Positions 29,829 to 38,461 of a stretch of 64,000 bases of DNA are shown here, one piece after another (the stretch's first letter is position 1; every line of letters starts with the position of its first letter). The notes beneath the pieces were generated by a model. The model was not told the origin of the DNA. It did no database searches and saw only the letters and a list, made by a program, of their open reading frames with translations. The position numbers and the translations under genes are program-made. Source of the stretch: a bacterium (GTDB taxonomy: Bacteria > Patescibacteriota > Microgenomatia > UBA1400 > UBA12108); the NCBI GenBank assembly GCA_037133595.1, contig JBAXNV010000001.1, forward strand, positions 30,479 through 94,478. The letters are read 5' to 3'.

Positions 29829-30857
29829 CTATTTTTCCAATTCATTCTGAATGTAATCGAGTGATTTCAATTTTTCAACAACCTCGTCGACGGTCAGTCG
29901 CTTGGTGTTATGAGAGGTATAATCCTCTTCCTTAGATATGTTCTTGTCTCCTACGCTAAAGTATTTTGAATAATTAAGGTCGCGGTTATCTGCTGGTATC
30001 CGGAAAAAATCTCCCAGATCCTCTGCCTTGGCCATTTCTTCGCGGTTAACAAGCGATTCAAATAATTTTTCACCATGTCTAGATCCGATAATTTTTAAGT
30101 TATTTTTTGCTTTAAAAATTATCAAAAGCGCCTTGGCCAAATCAAGGATAGTAGAGGCAGGTGCTTTTTGAACAAAAATATCCCCACCCAGTGCATGTTC
30201 ATAAGCATAAAGCACTAATTTAACAGATTCGTCAAGTGACATAAGAAATCTAGTCATGTCAGGATCGGTGACGGTAATATCCTTATTCTCTTTTATTTGT
30301 TTGATAAATAATGGAATAACTGATCCTCTAGATGCCATAACATTCCCGTATCGTGTAGCACAAAATATTGTTTTGCCGGGATTAGTGTTGCGGGATTTAG
30401 CCAGCATAAGTTTCTCCATCATTGCTTTCGACATTCCCATGGCATTAATGGGGTACACGGCTTTGTCAGTACTCAAGACGATAACTTTTTCTACATTATT
30501 GTGCTCTGCGGCATTCAATACGTTGTCTGCACCCAATATGTTTGTTCTTACTGCTTCCATCGGGAAAAATTCACACGAAGGAACCTGCTTAAGGGCTGCG
30601 GCGTGGAATACAAAGTTTACACCTCTCATTGCGTTATCAATTGTTTCCAGGTTCCTAACATCACCAATAATAAATTTAACTCTCATATCAGCAATTTCTA
30701 TTCTCATTTTCTCTTGTTTTTCTTCATCTCTACTAAAAATCCTAATTTCACCAATATCAGTATTATCCAAAAAATGTCGTAGCATTTTGTTGCCGAATGA
30801 ACCAGTACCACCAGTGATAAGAAGTGTTTTATTTTTAAAACTTATTGTTTTTTGCAT
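29829..30857 (-). CDS. UDP-GlcNAc 4,6-dehydratase, CapD/FnlA/PseB family
   Basis: LLITGGTGSFGN Rossmann motif; 342 aa; polysaccharide biosynthesis protein CapD-like. Confidence 0.8.
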   Translation of the reverse strand: MQKTISFKNKTLLITGGTGSFGNKMLRHFLDNTDIGEIRIFSRDEEKQEKMRIEIADMRVKFIIGDVRNLETIDNAMRGVNFVFHAAALKQVPSCEFFPMEAVRTNILGADNVLNAAEHNNVEKVIVLSTDKAVYPINAMGMSKAMMEKLMLAKSRNTNPGKTIFCATRYGNVMASRGSVIPLFIKQIKENKDITVTDPDMTRFLMSLDESVKLVLYAYEHALGGDIFVQKAPASTILDLAKALLIIFKAKNNLKIIGSRHGEKLFESLVNREEMAKAEDLGDFFRIPADNRDLNYSKYFSVGDKNISKEEDYTSHNTKRLTVDEVVEKLKSLDYIQNELEK

Positions 30858-31752
30858 ATTGATCTCGATTATGTTTATAAAATTCTGAACCTAAAAAATC
30901 ATTATACATGTCAAAGATTAGTTTATTCCAGCTAGGCACATCATAATCAATAGATATCTTAAACTTGTCCGAATCAAGAGATCTATCAATTTCAATAGAT
31001 TCATCAGCACTTATAATAATTTTCTTCTGGTATATTTCCGCAACGATGGTAAGTAAATCATGTTTTGAAATTGGTCGAGCAGAAATGTGATGAAGTCCGA
31101 AAAGTTTATCATTGGGAATTATTTTATTTATCAACAATCTGGAAAATTCCAGCGTAGTCAACCCGGAGAATATTGCCTTTTTGTAACCTTTAACCGTAGC
31201 TTCTTGGCTCAAAAACCAGTTTATAAGGCTGATATTCGAACTTAGTTCATGTCCAATAATAGATGTTCGTAGAGTAAGAGTATTGGTACGATCGCTTACT
31301 TCACCCAAATACTTGGTCATACCATACACGTCATGACATGTGGGTTCATCATCTTCGTGGTAATTACCAGATTTACCATCAAACACACAATCAGTGGCTA
31401 TGGTAATAAATCTACAGTTATTTTTTTCACACAACTCTGAAACGAGGTGGGGGAATAACGCATTAATCTCTATACAATCTCTTATATTACTAGACTTATT
31501 CTGTTTGATGATGCCAATACAATTTATTACTATATCTGGATGAAGTGATTTAATTATACTTTCTACAGTATCTATCTTGTTGGCATAAACCCCATCAAAT
31601 ATTTTTAGATCAAAAATATTGGGTAATAGGCCAGCAAAGCTATTTTTGCTGGTAACAGTTCCATATACATCAAATTCTCGATTTTTTGACAAGGTTTCAA
31701 ATACTTTGTGACCTAACATTCCGCTCGCGCCAAGGACAATAATTCTTTTCAT
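30835..31752 (-). CDS. NAD(P)-dependent sugar-nucleotide reductase/epimerase (RmlD substrate-binding-like; FnlB-like role)
   Basis: MKRIIVLGASGMLG Rossmann N-terminus; operonic with the dehydratase and 2-epimerase. Confidence 0.55.
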   Translation of the reverse strand: MKRIIVLGASGMLGHKVFETLSKNREFDVYGTVTSKNSFAGLLPNIFDLKIFDGVYANKIDTVESIIKSLHPDIVINCIGIIKQNKSSNIRDCIEINALFPHLVSELCEKNNCRFITIATDCVFDGKSGNYHEDDEPTCHDVYGMTKYLGEVSDRTNTLTLRTSIIGHELSSNISLINWFLSQEATVKGYKKAIFSGLTTLEFSRLLINKIIPNDKLFGLHHISARPISKHDLLTIVAEIYQKKIIISADESIEIDRSLDSDKFKISIDYDVPSWNKLIFDMYNDFLGSEFYKHNRDQYAKNNKF

Positions 31753-31835
31753 AATCTAGCTAAGATTATAGCAATTAAGTTTGTGGCAATATAGGGTATC
31801 TTCACCTAATCAATTCTACTTGGTACAATTCAAAT

Positions 31836-32444
31836 ATGGCTCAGATCAGCTTTCCATCAGACGACAATATCACTTACCTTTTTCTCGACTGGGGCGAGCT
31901 CGGCGCTCTTACCCAGGTACTAGCTACCAAGATCTTAGATTCTGGCGCTGCTCCATATGATCGTATCATAGCGCTTGCAACAGGCGGCCAGACGATGAGC
32001 AAAGCCATTAAGGATTATCTCAATATCCAAAATAGTAGCAGTATGCATATCTCTTTTTACACCGGTATTGGCACAACCAACAAAACTCCCGTTATCACCC
32101 AGTCAATAGCCACCGATCTGCAGGGTGAGCGCGTGCTTGTGTTCGACGATGTCAACGACACTGGGGCAACTCTCGAAGTAGCCAAGGCATATCTCCAAAT
32201 GCGAGGGGTCAAGAGTATCGACACCGCGTGTCTTTTGCAAAAGCCCCGCACCAAATGCCCTTCAACTTTCTTTGGCGACAGTACCGAGAGCTGGATTATC
32301 TTTCCCGATGAGGTAAGAGAAACCATCACCCTTCTTAGCTCTCGCTGGAGCAAGCAGGGGGTAAGTAAGCAAGATATCCACTCTCGCCTCAACCAGATCG
32401 GGTTTCTCGACTCACATCTAACGCTTATTGAGAACTATTCGTAA
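31836..32444 (+). CDS. phosphoribosyltransferase (type I PRTase) family protein
   Basis: VLVFDDVNDTGATL PRPP-binding motif. Confidence 0.5.
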   Translation: MAQISFPSDDNITYLFLDWGELGALTQVLATKILDSGAAPYDRIIALATGGQTMSKAIKDYLNIQNSSSMHISFYTGIGTTNKTPVITQSIATDLQGERVLVFDDVNDTGATLEVAKAYLQMRGVKSIDTACLLQKPRTKCPSTFFGDSTESWIIFPDEVRETITLLSSRWSKQGVSKQDIHSRLNQIGFLDSHLTLIENYS

Positions 32445-32447
32445 CAT

Positions 32448-33110
32448 CTATCCTGTTTTGGTAAGGTCGAGCTTCTTTACTACCAAGGTAATACTTGATT
32501 TGGCTTCTTCCCAATCAATATTCTGGTGCATTCTAGGCATTGGTTCGTGGTCTGCATCCTCAAAATAAACGAGCGATTTGAGGATGTGGGGGAGGTTGTA
32601 ATCAATATTTGGGTATTTATCTGGTAGATAATCGAGCAAGTCATTGAGCTTATATGTCTTGAGGATGGCGTACAGGTCTATAAAATCTTTTTTACTACCG
32701 CGCATACCAATTGTTTGAAGCTTGGTAAGAGCGACATCGAGAACAGAGCTAAGCAGAATGCTATCATATGGAACAAAATCAGACAATAAAGGGTAAGGAT
32801 AACCCAAGAATTGGACTTTTACTCCACGAATGTAGCAATTAAGCGTACTGTTGCCCAAAGTCGTGTTGGTTAGTGGGCCCAATACAGAAAGCTCATTCTG
32901 CAAAACAATGGGGTCAAAGTCGACAGAGCTAAAAAAATCCAAATCTTCTGACTCTCGATGACCAAGTTGAAGCGAAAGTGCAGTCCCACCCGATAAATAA
33001 AAGTTCTGTAAGAAAGAAGGTTTGCTAGACTGGATCTGCTCCAATAACCGGGCCGTACTGGGCGGTAATGTGTCTGGGAATAGTTGGTTCATGGCAAGTA
33101 CACCTTCCAA
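32448..33110 (-). CDS. nucleotidyltransferase AbiEii/AbiGii-type toxin (DUF1814), type IV TA / abortive infection
   Basis: SGGTALSLQLGHRESEDLDFF matches the AbiEii GGTAL...R.S.D(I/L)DF signature. Confidence 0.6.
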   Translation of the reverse strand: MEGVLAMNQLFPDTLPPSTARLLEQIQSSKPSFLQNFYLSGGTALSLQLGHRESEDLDFFSSVDFDPIVLQNELSVLGPLTNTTLGNSTLNCYIRGVKVQFLGYPYPLLSDFVPYDSILLSSVLDVALTKLQTIGMRGSKKDFIDLYAILKTYKLNDLLDYLPDKYPNIDYNLPHILKSLVYFEDADHEPMPRMHQNIDWEEAKSSITLVVKKLDLTKTG

Positions 33111-33319
33111 AAATTGGCAGACTTCTTGCTCAACTTAAACTTGTCTAGTCTTTGCCTAATTGAATCTATTCTTGTTTTACCAAATAGCCAGACGAGTGCC
33201 GATCTGTCACCTCGATCGAGGAGAGTTTGCGTTATGTAATTTTCGTGTTTTTCCCAAGAAAGATCACCCAAATCATCCCCCCAAAAAAATCTCGCTATGT
33301 TTTTAGGTAATCCAGACAC
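33089..33319 (-). CDS. small protein overlapping the AbiEii gene by 22 nt; candidate cognate antitoxin or partner
   Basis: 76 aa; translationally coupled upstream of the nucleotidyltransferase; no motif recognised. Confidence 0.3.
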   Translation of the reverse strand: MSGLPKNIARFFWGDDLGDLSWEKHENYITQTLLDRGDRSALVWLFGKTRIDSIRQRLDKFKLSKKSANFWKVYLP

Positions 33320-33364
33320 CTACATATTATATCAAGTTTTTACCCATACTGGCAGCTTGCAATC

Positions 33365-34723
33365 ATGTACAATTACCTCATGCAAACACTACTTGTTGCC
33401 GCACTTGCCCTACTACTACGCATTCCTTTTCTCTCCCAATCTCTCTGGCTCGACGAGGCGATAGAGGCACTCGCTCTTCAGGGCAAAATGGGCCCCCTCC
33501 TCACCTACGCTCTTGCCGATTTTCAGCCACCTCTTTATCACGGCCTGCTCTATGTATGGACTCAGCTTGTTGGAACGAGCGAAGTGGCGCTACGCCTCCC
33601 CTCGCTACTTGCTGGGGTAGGGGTGGTAGTTGTCGGGCTCAAGCTGGCCGAGTTGTTGGCTGGCAAAAGGGCAGGGCTCATTGTGGGGCTACTTCTTGCA
33701 ACCAATCCTCTTCTTATCTACTACTCGGTAGAAGGCAGAACATACATGCTCACCACCTTCTTTGTCACTCTTTCGTTTTACTGCCTTTTTCGCTTGCTTC
33801 AAAATGCTAGTAAATCTCTCTCGCTCCTATACATGCTTGCAACAATCGGCATTGTCTGGACAAGCTATCTAGGTGCTCTGATTGTTGTGCTACAGGGTCT
33901 TTATCTCCTCGTCAACAAAAAGTGGTCACTTATTCTCCCGCTCGCACTTGGTGCTGGTACGATCGTCTTTTGGCTACCATCTTTTGTAAAGTCACTCGGG
34001 GTCGGGGGCACCAATCTAGCAACAAGCCCCATGTGGGCGAGTGTTGTTGGGCAGTTTAGCTGGAAGTCGCTCCCACTCACGTGGGTCAAGTTTGTGTTGG
34101 GTAGGATTTCGTTTGATAACAAATTAATTTATGCTGGGGTTGTTGGCCTCGTTGGGCTTTTGCATTTGTATATATTAAAAGGCTTTGTTCCAAAGCTCAA
34201 AGTTCCAAGTTCCAAGCTTCTGCTGCTTTGGCTTGTCGGCCCCGTCGTTCTTGGCCTAGTAATTACCAACTTTATCCCGGTCTATCAGTTCTTTCGCGTG
34301 CTCTTTGTCCTCCCAGCGTATTTTATGTTGTTGGGGCTAGCACTCTCTAATAGGCCTAGTAAGATCACAATCTACGCACTTGTTGCCACTCAACTCATCT
34401 TTCTCGGAGTTTACGCATTTTCTCCCCGCTTTCATCACGAAGACTGGCGAGCGCTTGTGGCAACCTATGGGGAAAACGCCACCTACGCGCTACCTAGTAT
34501 CGAACAAAACGCTCCACTACTATATTATGGCGTAGCAAGAGCCAGCATGCTTGAGCCCAAGGTAGGTATTGGTACAGCTTCAAATCAAATCGTCTACATT
34601 CGCTATGCCGAAGAAGTATTTGATGCCGGTGGGGTTGGGCGTGCCAATCTGCTCTCAAGTGGGTATACTAAGCTAAGCGAGCAAGTATTCTCAGGTCTTG
34701 CCACAGAGGTCTACGCAAAATGA
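33365..34723 (+). CDS. GT-C glycosyltransferase, ArnT/PMT-like (GT39/GT83)
   Basis: LWLDEAIEA DE motif in the first loop; more than 10 TM helices. Confidence 0.6.
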   Translation: MYNYLMQTLLVAALALLLRIPFLSQSLWLDEAIEALALQGKMGPLLTYALADFQPPLYHGLLYVWTQLVGTSEVALRLPSLLAGVGVVVVGLKLAELLAGKRAGLIVGLLLATNPLLIYYSVEGRTYMLTTFFVTLSFYCLFRLLQNASKSLSLLYMLATIGIVWTSYLGALIVVLQGLYLLVNKKWSLILPLALGAGTIVFWLPSFVKSLGVGGTNLATSPMWASVVGQFSWKSLPLTWVKFVLGRISFDNKLIYAGVVGLVGLLHLYILKGFVPKLKVPSSKLLLLWLVGPVVLGLVITNFIPVYQFFRVLFVLPAYFMLLGLALSNRPSKITIYALVATQLIFLGVYAFSPRFHHEDWRALVATYGENATYALPSIEQNAPLLYYGVARASMLEPKVGIGTASNQIVYIRYAEEVFDAGGVGRANLLSSGYTKLSEQVFSGLATEVYAK

Positions 34724-35829
34724 AAATAGGCATTGATATCTCCCAGATGGCATACACAGGTACCGGTGTTGCTCGCTACGTTTCGGGCATGACCAAGGCA
34801 CTATTAAAAGCTGGTTCTACTCACCAGTTTGTTTTGATCGCTGGAGCCCTTCAGCAAAGAAAGTTCTTTACCAATCTTGCCAATAGCTCAGAGTACAAGG
34901 GTATTGAGTTTCGTATCCTTCCTCTCCCTCCCAAGCTCGCTCGTCACCTCCTCAAGTTCCCCGTGCTAAACCCATTTATCAAAGATCTGGATCTCTTGCA
35001 TACTTCCGACTGGGCAGAACCCTTTACTAGCTGTCCTCGCGTCACTACTGTTCATGATCTTGTTTTTCACAAGTATCCCGAAACAGTTGATAAAGAAGTT
35101 CTCCAGGCACAAACAACGCGCCTTATCCGTATCGTCAAGTCGGGCACACATATTATCGCTGATTCACAGAGTACAAAAAATGATCTAAAAGAAATTTATC
35201 ATCTTGCAGATGATCAGATCGATGTGGTATATCCAGCTATAGATAGCGCATATTGTAAGGTAGAGAGTAACAAAATAGACCAAGTGAAATCAAAATATGG
35301 CATAAGTGGTAGGTATATTTTGTCGGTCGGTACGCAAGAGCCAAGGAAAAATCTCACTGGGATAATCGAGGCGTATACGGATCTCAAAAATGATCCCAGC
35401 TGGCAGGATGTTGCACTTGTTGTTACTGGCAAGTACGGTTGGGGCGATAAAATTGCTCCGGTACAGGGAATGGTTGCAACAGGTTATGTCGATGAGGTAG
35501 ATCTCCCAGCTCTATATTCTGGGGCCGATGTCTTTGTGTACCCAAGTTTTTATGAAGGGTTCGGATTCCCGGTGCTAGAGTCTATAGCCTGTGGCACACC
35601 CGTTGTCACAAGCAATATCTCATCTCTCCCAGAACTTGCGGGGCATGCGGCGGTACTAGTTGATCCAAATGATCATTTGGCGATTGCAGCTGGTATTACC
35701 GAAGCATACAAGCAAAGAGAAGCTCTTATAGCAAGCGGTCTTGAGAGAGCTAGCGAGTTGTCGTGGGCTAGATCCGCCGAACAAATTATTCGTATCTATG
35801 AAAAGGTCGTAGCAAATGCCAAAAAATAA
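34720..35829 (+). CDS. family 4 glycosyltransferase
   Basis: YEGFGFPVLESIACGTPVVTSNISSLPELAG. Confidence 0.75.
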   Translation: MKIGIDISQMAYTGTGVARYVSGMTKALLKAGSTHQFVLIAGALQQRKFFTNLANSSEYKGIEFRILPLPPKLARHLLKFPVLNPFIKDLDLLHTSDWAEPFTSCPRVTTVHDLVFHKYPETVDKEVLQAQTTRLIRIVKSGTHIIADSQSTKNDLKEIYHLADDQIDVVYPAIDSAYCKVESNKIDQVKSKYGISGRYILSVGTQEPRKNLTGIIEAYTDLKNDPSWQDVALVVTGKYGWGDKIAPVQGMVATGYVDEVDLPALYSGADVFVYPSFYEGFGFPVLESIACGTPVVTSNISSLPELAGHAAVLVDPNDHLAIAAGITEAYKQREALIASGLERASELSWARSAEQIIRIYEKVVANAKK

Positions 35830-36928
35830 GAAATTATCAATTGCGCTTGATGGTAACGAAGCCAATGTGGTCGAGCGAGTTGGTACTGGGCAGTACGCTT
35901 TTAACATTCTTACTCGCTGGGCAGGGAACACTACGTACGACTTTCATATTTATCTGCGTACTCAGCCAGTAGCCGATATGCCCAAAGCCGGCAAGAACTG
36001 GCATTACCACGTTGTTGGGCCCAACAAAGCCTGGACTCGTCTTGCTCTCCCCCTAGCCCTAGCTCAGTCGCATCAACACGATGTTTTCTGGAATCCAGCC
36101 CACTACTTGCCGCCCTTTACCTTTGGCAAAAGCGTGGTTACGATCCACGATCTAGCGTACGAATATTTTCCCGAACTATTTCTCCCCAAGGACCTGTATC
36201 AACTCACCCACTGGACCAAGGCATCAGTCAAACATGCCACGCACGTTATCGCTGTCTCATCCGCTACCAAAAGAGATTTGGTCAAGCTCTACAGGGTGCC
36301 GGCTGGCAAAATCTCGGTAATCTACAATGGCTATGATCAAGATATCTTTAACACCAAGTTCAAACTCGACCCCAAAAAACTCCAAGACCACTCTCTTTCA
36401 TCGGGCGCCTTTATCCTCTTTGTTGGCACCATTCAGCCTAGGAAAAATCTCATCAACCTGATCCACGCCTTTGGGATCATGAAAGATCATGGTTACAAGG
36501 GAAAGTTGGTGATTGCAGGCAAGGTAGGTTGGCTAGCCGACGACACTCTTGCCGCCGTCGCTCACTCCAGCGTCAAGGATGATATTGTCCTTACTGGTTA
36601 TATTTCGGATGAAACGAGGCAACTTTTCAATCGCTATGCTTCAGTAGTTGTTCTCCCTAGTCTCTACGAAGGCTTTGGGATGCCGCTTATCGAGGCCATG
36701 GCCAGTGGCACTCCTGTTGCAGGCAGTAACAATAGTAGTATCCCCGAGGTAGTAGGGAAGGGTGGCGAGCTCTTTGATCCAAGCTCTCCAGATAGTATCG
36801 CCGCGGCAATTTTTAAGGTAATTAACAGTCGCACAAGCTATAGTAAACAAGCTCTTGCGCAGGCCGCCAAGTTCTCCTGGGATAAATGCGCAGATGAAAC
36901 ACTAAAAGCCTTGGTTGAGGTACAATAA
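35816..36928 (+). CDS. family 4 glycosyltransferase
   Basis: YEGFGMPLIEAMASGTPVAGSNNSSIPEVVGKGGELFDP. Confidence 0.75.
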   Translation: MPKNKKLSIALDGNEANVVERVGTGQYAFNILTRWAGNTTYDFHIYLRTQPVADMPKAGKNWHYHVVGPNKAWTRLALPLALAQSHQHDVFWNPAHYLPPFTFGKSVVTIHDLAYEYFPELFLPKDLYQLTHWTKASVKHATHVIAVSSATKRDLVKLYRVPAGKISVIYNGYDQDIFNTKFKLDPKKLQDHSLSSGAFILFVGTIQPRKNLINLIHAFGIMKDHGYKGKLVIAGKVGWLADDTLAAVAHSSVKDDIVLTGYISDETRQLFNRYASVVVLPSLYEGFGMPLIEAMASGTPVAGSNNSSIPEVVGKGGELFDPSSPDSIAAAIFKVINSRTSYSKQALAQAAKFSWDKCADETLKALVEVQ

Positions 36929-36932
36929 ATCT

Positions 36933-37541
36933 ATGACCAAGTCGATATTTCGGGACAAACATGGCAAAGAGCTAAGCACCAAAGAGGCTTGGGTCAAGGT
37001 AATTAAGCGTTTTGAAAGCTACATTCTCGACTTTACCCTCATGTGTCTGCACTTTACAACTTATATCCCCCTCCACTTTGTGCGCAATTTTGTCTGGCAG
37101 TTGGTGGGCGTCAAGCTTGGCAACAAAAGTACTCTTCATACCGGCATTAGGGTGTTTGATCCTCGAGGGATTACTGTAGGGGAGGGAACAATCATAGGTT
37201 TTGGTTGTTTTCTCGATGGCAGATCCAAGCTAACAATCGGCAATCACACCGATATTGCCAGTGAGGCAATGATTTACAACGGGGAGCACGATATTCATGC
37301 TCCTGATTTTGCTGGTATTGAAGCTCCTGTCACAATCGGCGACTATGTCTTTATCGGTCCTCGCGCCATCATTCTCCCTGGGGTCACGATCGGCAAAGGC
37401 GCAGTGGTTGGGGCTGGGGCTGTTGTCACCAAGGATGTTGCACCATTTGCGATAGTTGGTGGCGTGCCTGCCAAAGTTATTGGCGAAAGAGAGCTCAAAG
37501 ATCCGCATTATGTACTTGGTCGTTTTAAGTTATTTCAATAG
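36933..37541 (+). CDS. hexapeptide-repeat (LbH) O-acetyltransferase, WbbJ/WcaF/maltose acetyltransferase-like
   Basis: IGNHTDIASEAMIY...VTIGDYVFIGPRAIILPGVTIGKGAVVGAGAVV hexapeptide repeats. Confidence 0.75.
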   Translation: MTKSIFRDKHGKELSTKEAWVKVIKRFESYILDFTLMCLHFTTYIPLHFVRNFVWQLVGVKLGNKSTLHTGIRVFDPRGITVGEGTIIGFGCFLDGRSKLTIGNHTDIASEAMIYNGEHDIHAPDFAGIEAPVTIGDYVFIGPRAIILPGVTIGKGAVVGAGAVVTKDVAPFAIVGGVPAKVIGERELKDPHYVLGRFKLFQ

Positions 37542-37549
37542 GAGTTAAC

Positions 37550-38461
37550 ATGATACTTGTATCTGTAATTATCGTTAGCTACAACACTCGCGAGCTCACT
37601 GTCAAAAGTATTAAGCACGCCCAAAAAAGCGCTGGTTTTGCCAAAGGTGAAATCGAGATAATCGTAATCGACAACAACTCCAAAGACGACACAGTAAGCT
37701 ACCTCAAAGAACACTATCCCGAGGTAGTACTTATTGCCAACCAAGACAATGTCGGCTTTGGCGGTGGCAACAATCAAGGCGCCAAGATTGCCAAGGGCAA
37801 GTATCTGCTACTTCTTAATACCGACGCATTTCTAGAGCCAGAGTCCCTACGCATACTTGTTGATGTACTAAAAAAACATGACGATATCGTCTCGGTCGGC
37901 CCACAACTGCGCTATGTCGACGGCAGTATGCAGCTTTCTGGCGGCTATCTCCCAACCCCTATGCGCGTTATGGCCTGGATGTGGTGGCTCGACAAGTTGC
38001 CACTTATTAAGAAGTTTTTTTCCACTCCTTATCATGTTTTTGATCTAGATTGGCACAAAAAGTCGCAGTATCCAGAGTGGCTTATGGGTGCTTGCGTATT
38101 GTTTCGACGCGACGAGTTTCTTGCCGCCGGTGGATTTGACGACAAGATATTTATGTACGCCGAAGAGGTGGAGCTTTATCGCAGGTTAAAGGAAAGTCTT
38201 GGCAAAAAAGTCTACTTTACAACCAAGACCAAAGTTGTCCATATGGGCGGCGCCAGTAGCAAAAAAGCCAATGCATATAGGCTCATGTACGAGCTTAAAG
38301 GCATCGAATATATTTATACCAAGCACTATCCCAACCTGTTATGGTTTGTCAAAGCCGTTATCTTTGTTGGGGTTATTTTGCGCATGCTTGTTTTTACTCT
38401 TATTCCAAGTCGCCGCGAGGCGCTTGTGGAGTATCAAAAATACTTTGAAGGAAATAAATAA
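37550..38461 (+). CDS. family 2 glycosyltransferase
   Basis: VSVIIVSYNTRELT...IIVIDNNSKDDT...LLLNTDAFLEP. Confidence 0.7.
   Translation: MILVSVIIVSYNTRELTVKSIKHAQKSAGFAKGEIEIIVIDNNSKDDTVSYLKEHYPEVVLIANQDNVGFGGGNNQGAKIAKGKYLLLLNTDAFLEPESLRILVDVLKKHDDIVSVGPQLRYVDGSMQLSGGYLPTPMRVMAWMWWLDKLPLIKKFFSTPYHVFDLDWHKKSQYPEWLMGACVLFRRDEFLAAGGFDDKIFMYAEEVELYRRLKESLGKKVYFTTKTKVVHMGGASSKKANAYRLMYELKGIEYIYTKHYPNLLWFVKAVIFVGVILRMLVFTLIPSRREALVEYQKYFEGNK

Noticed and set aside
31836-32444. PRTase gene as part of a defence system, with the adjacent AbiEii
   Set aside because: It is transcribed divergently or oppositely and has housekeeping-like PRPP-binding architecture. Adjacency alone is insufficient; it is called a generic phosphoribosyltransferase.
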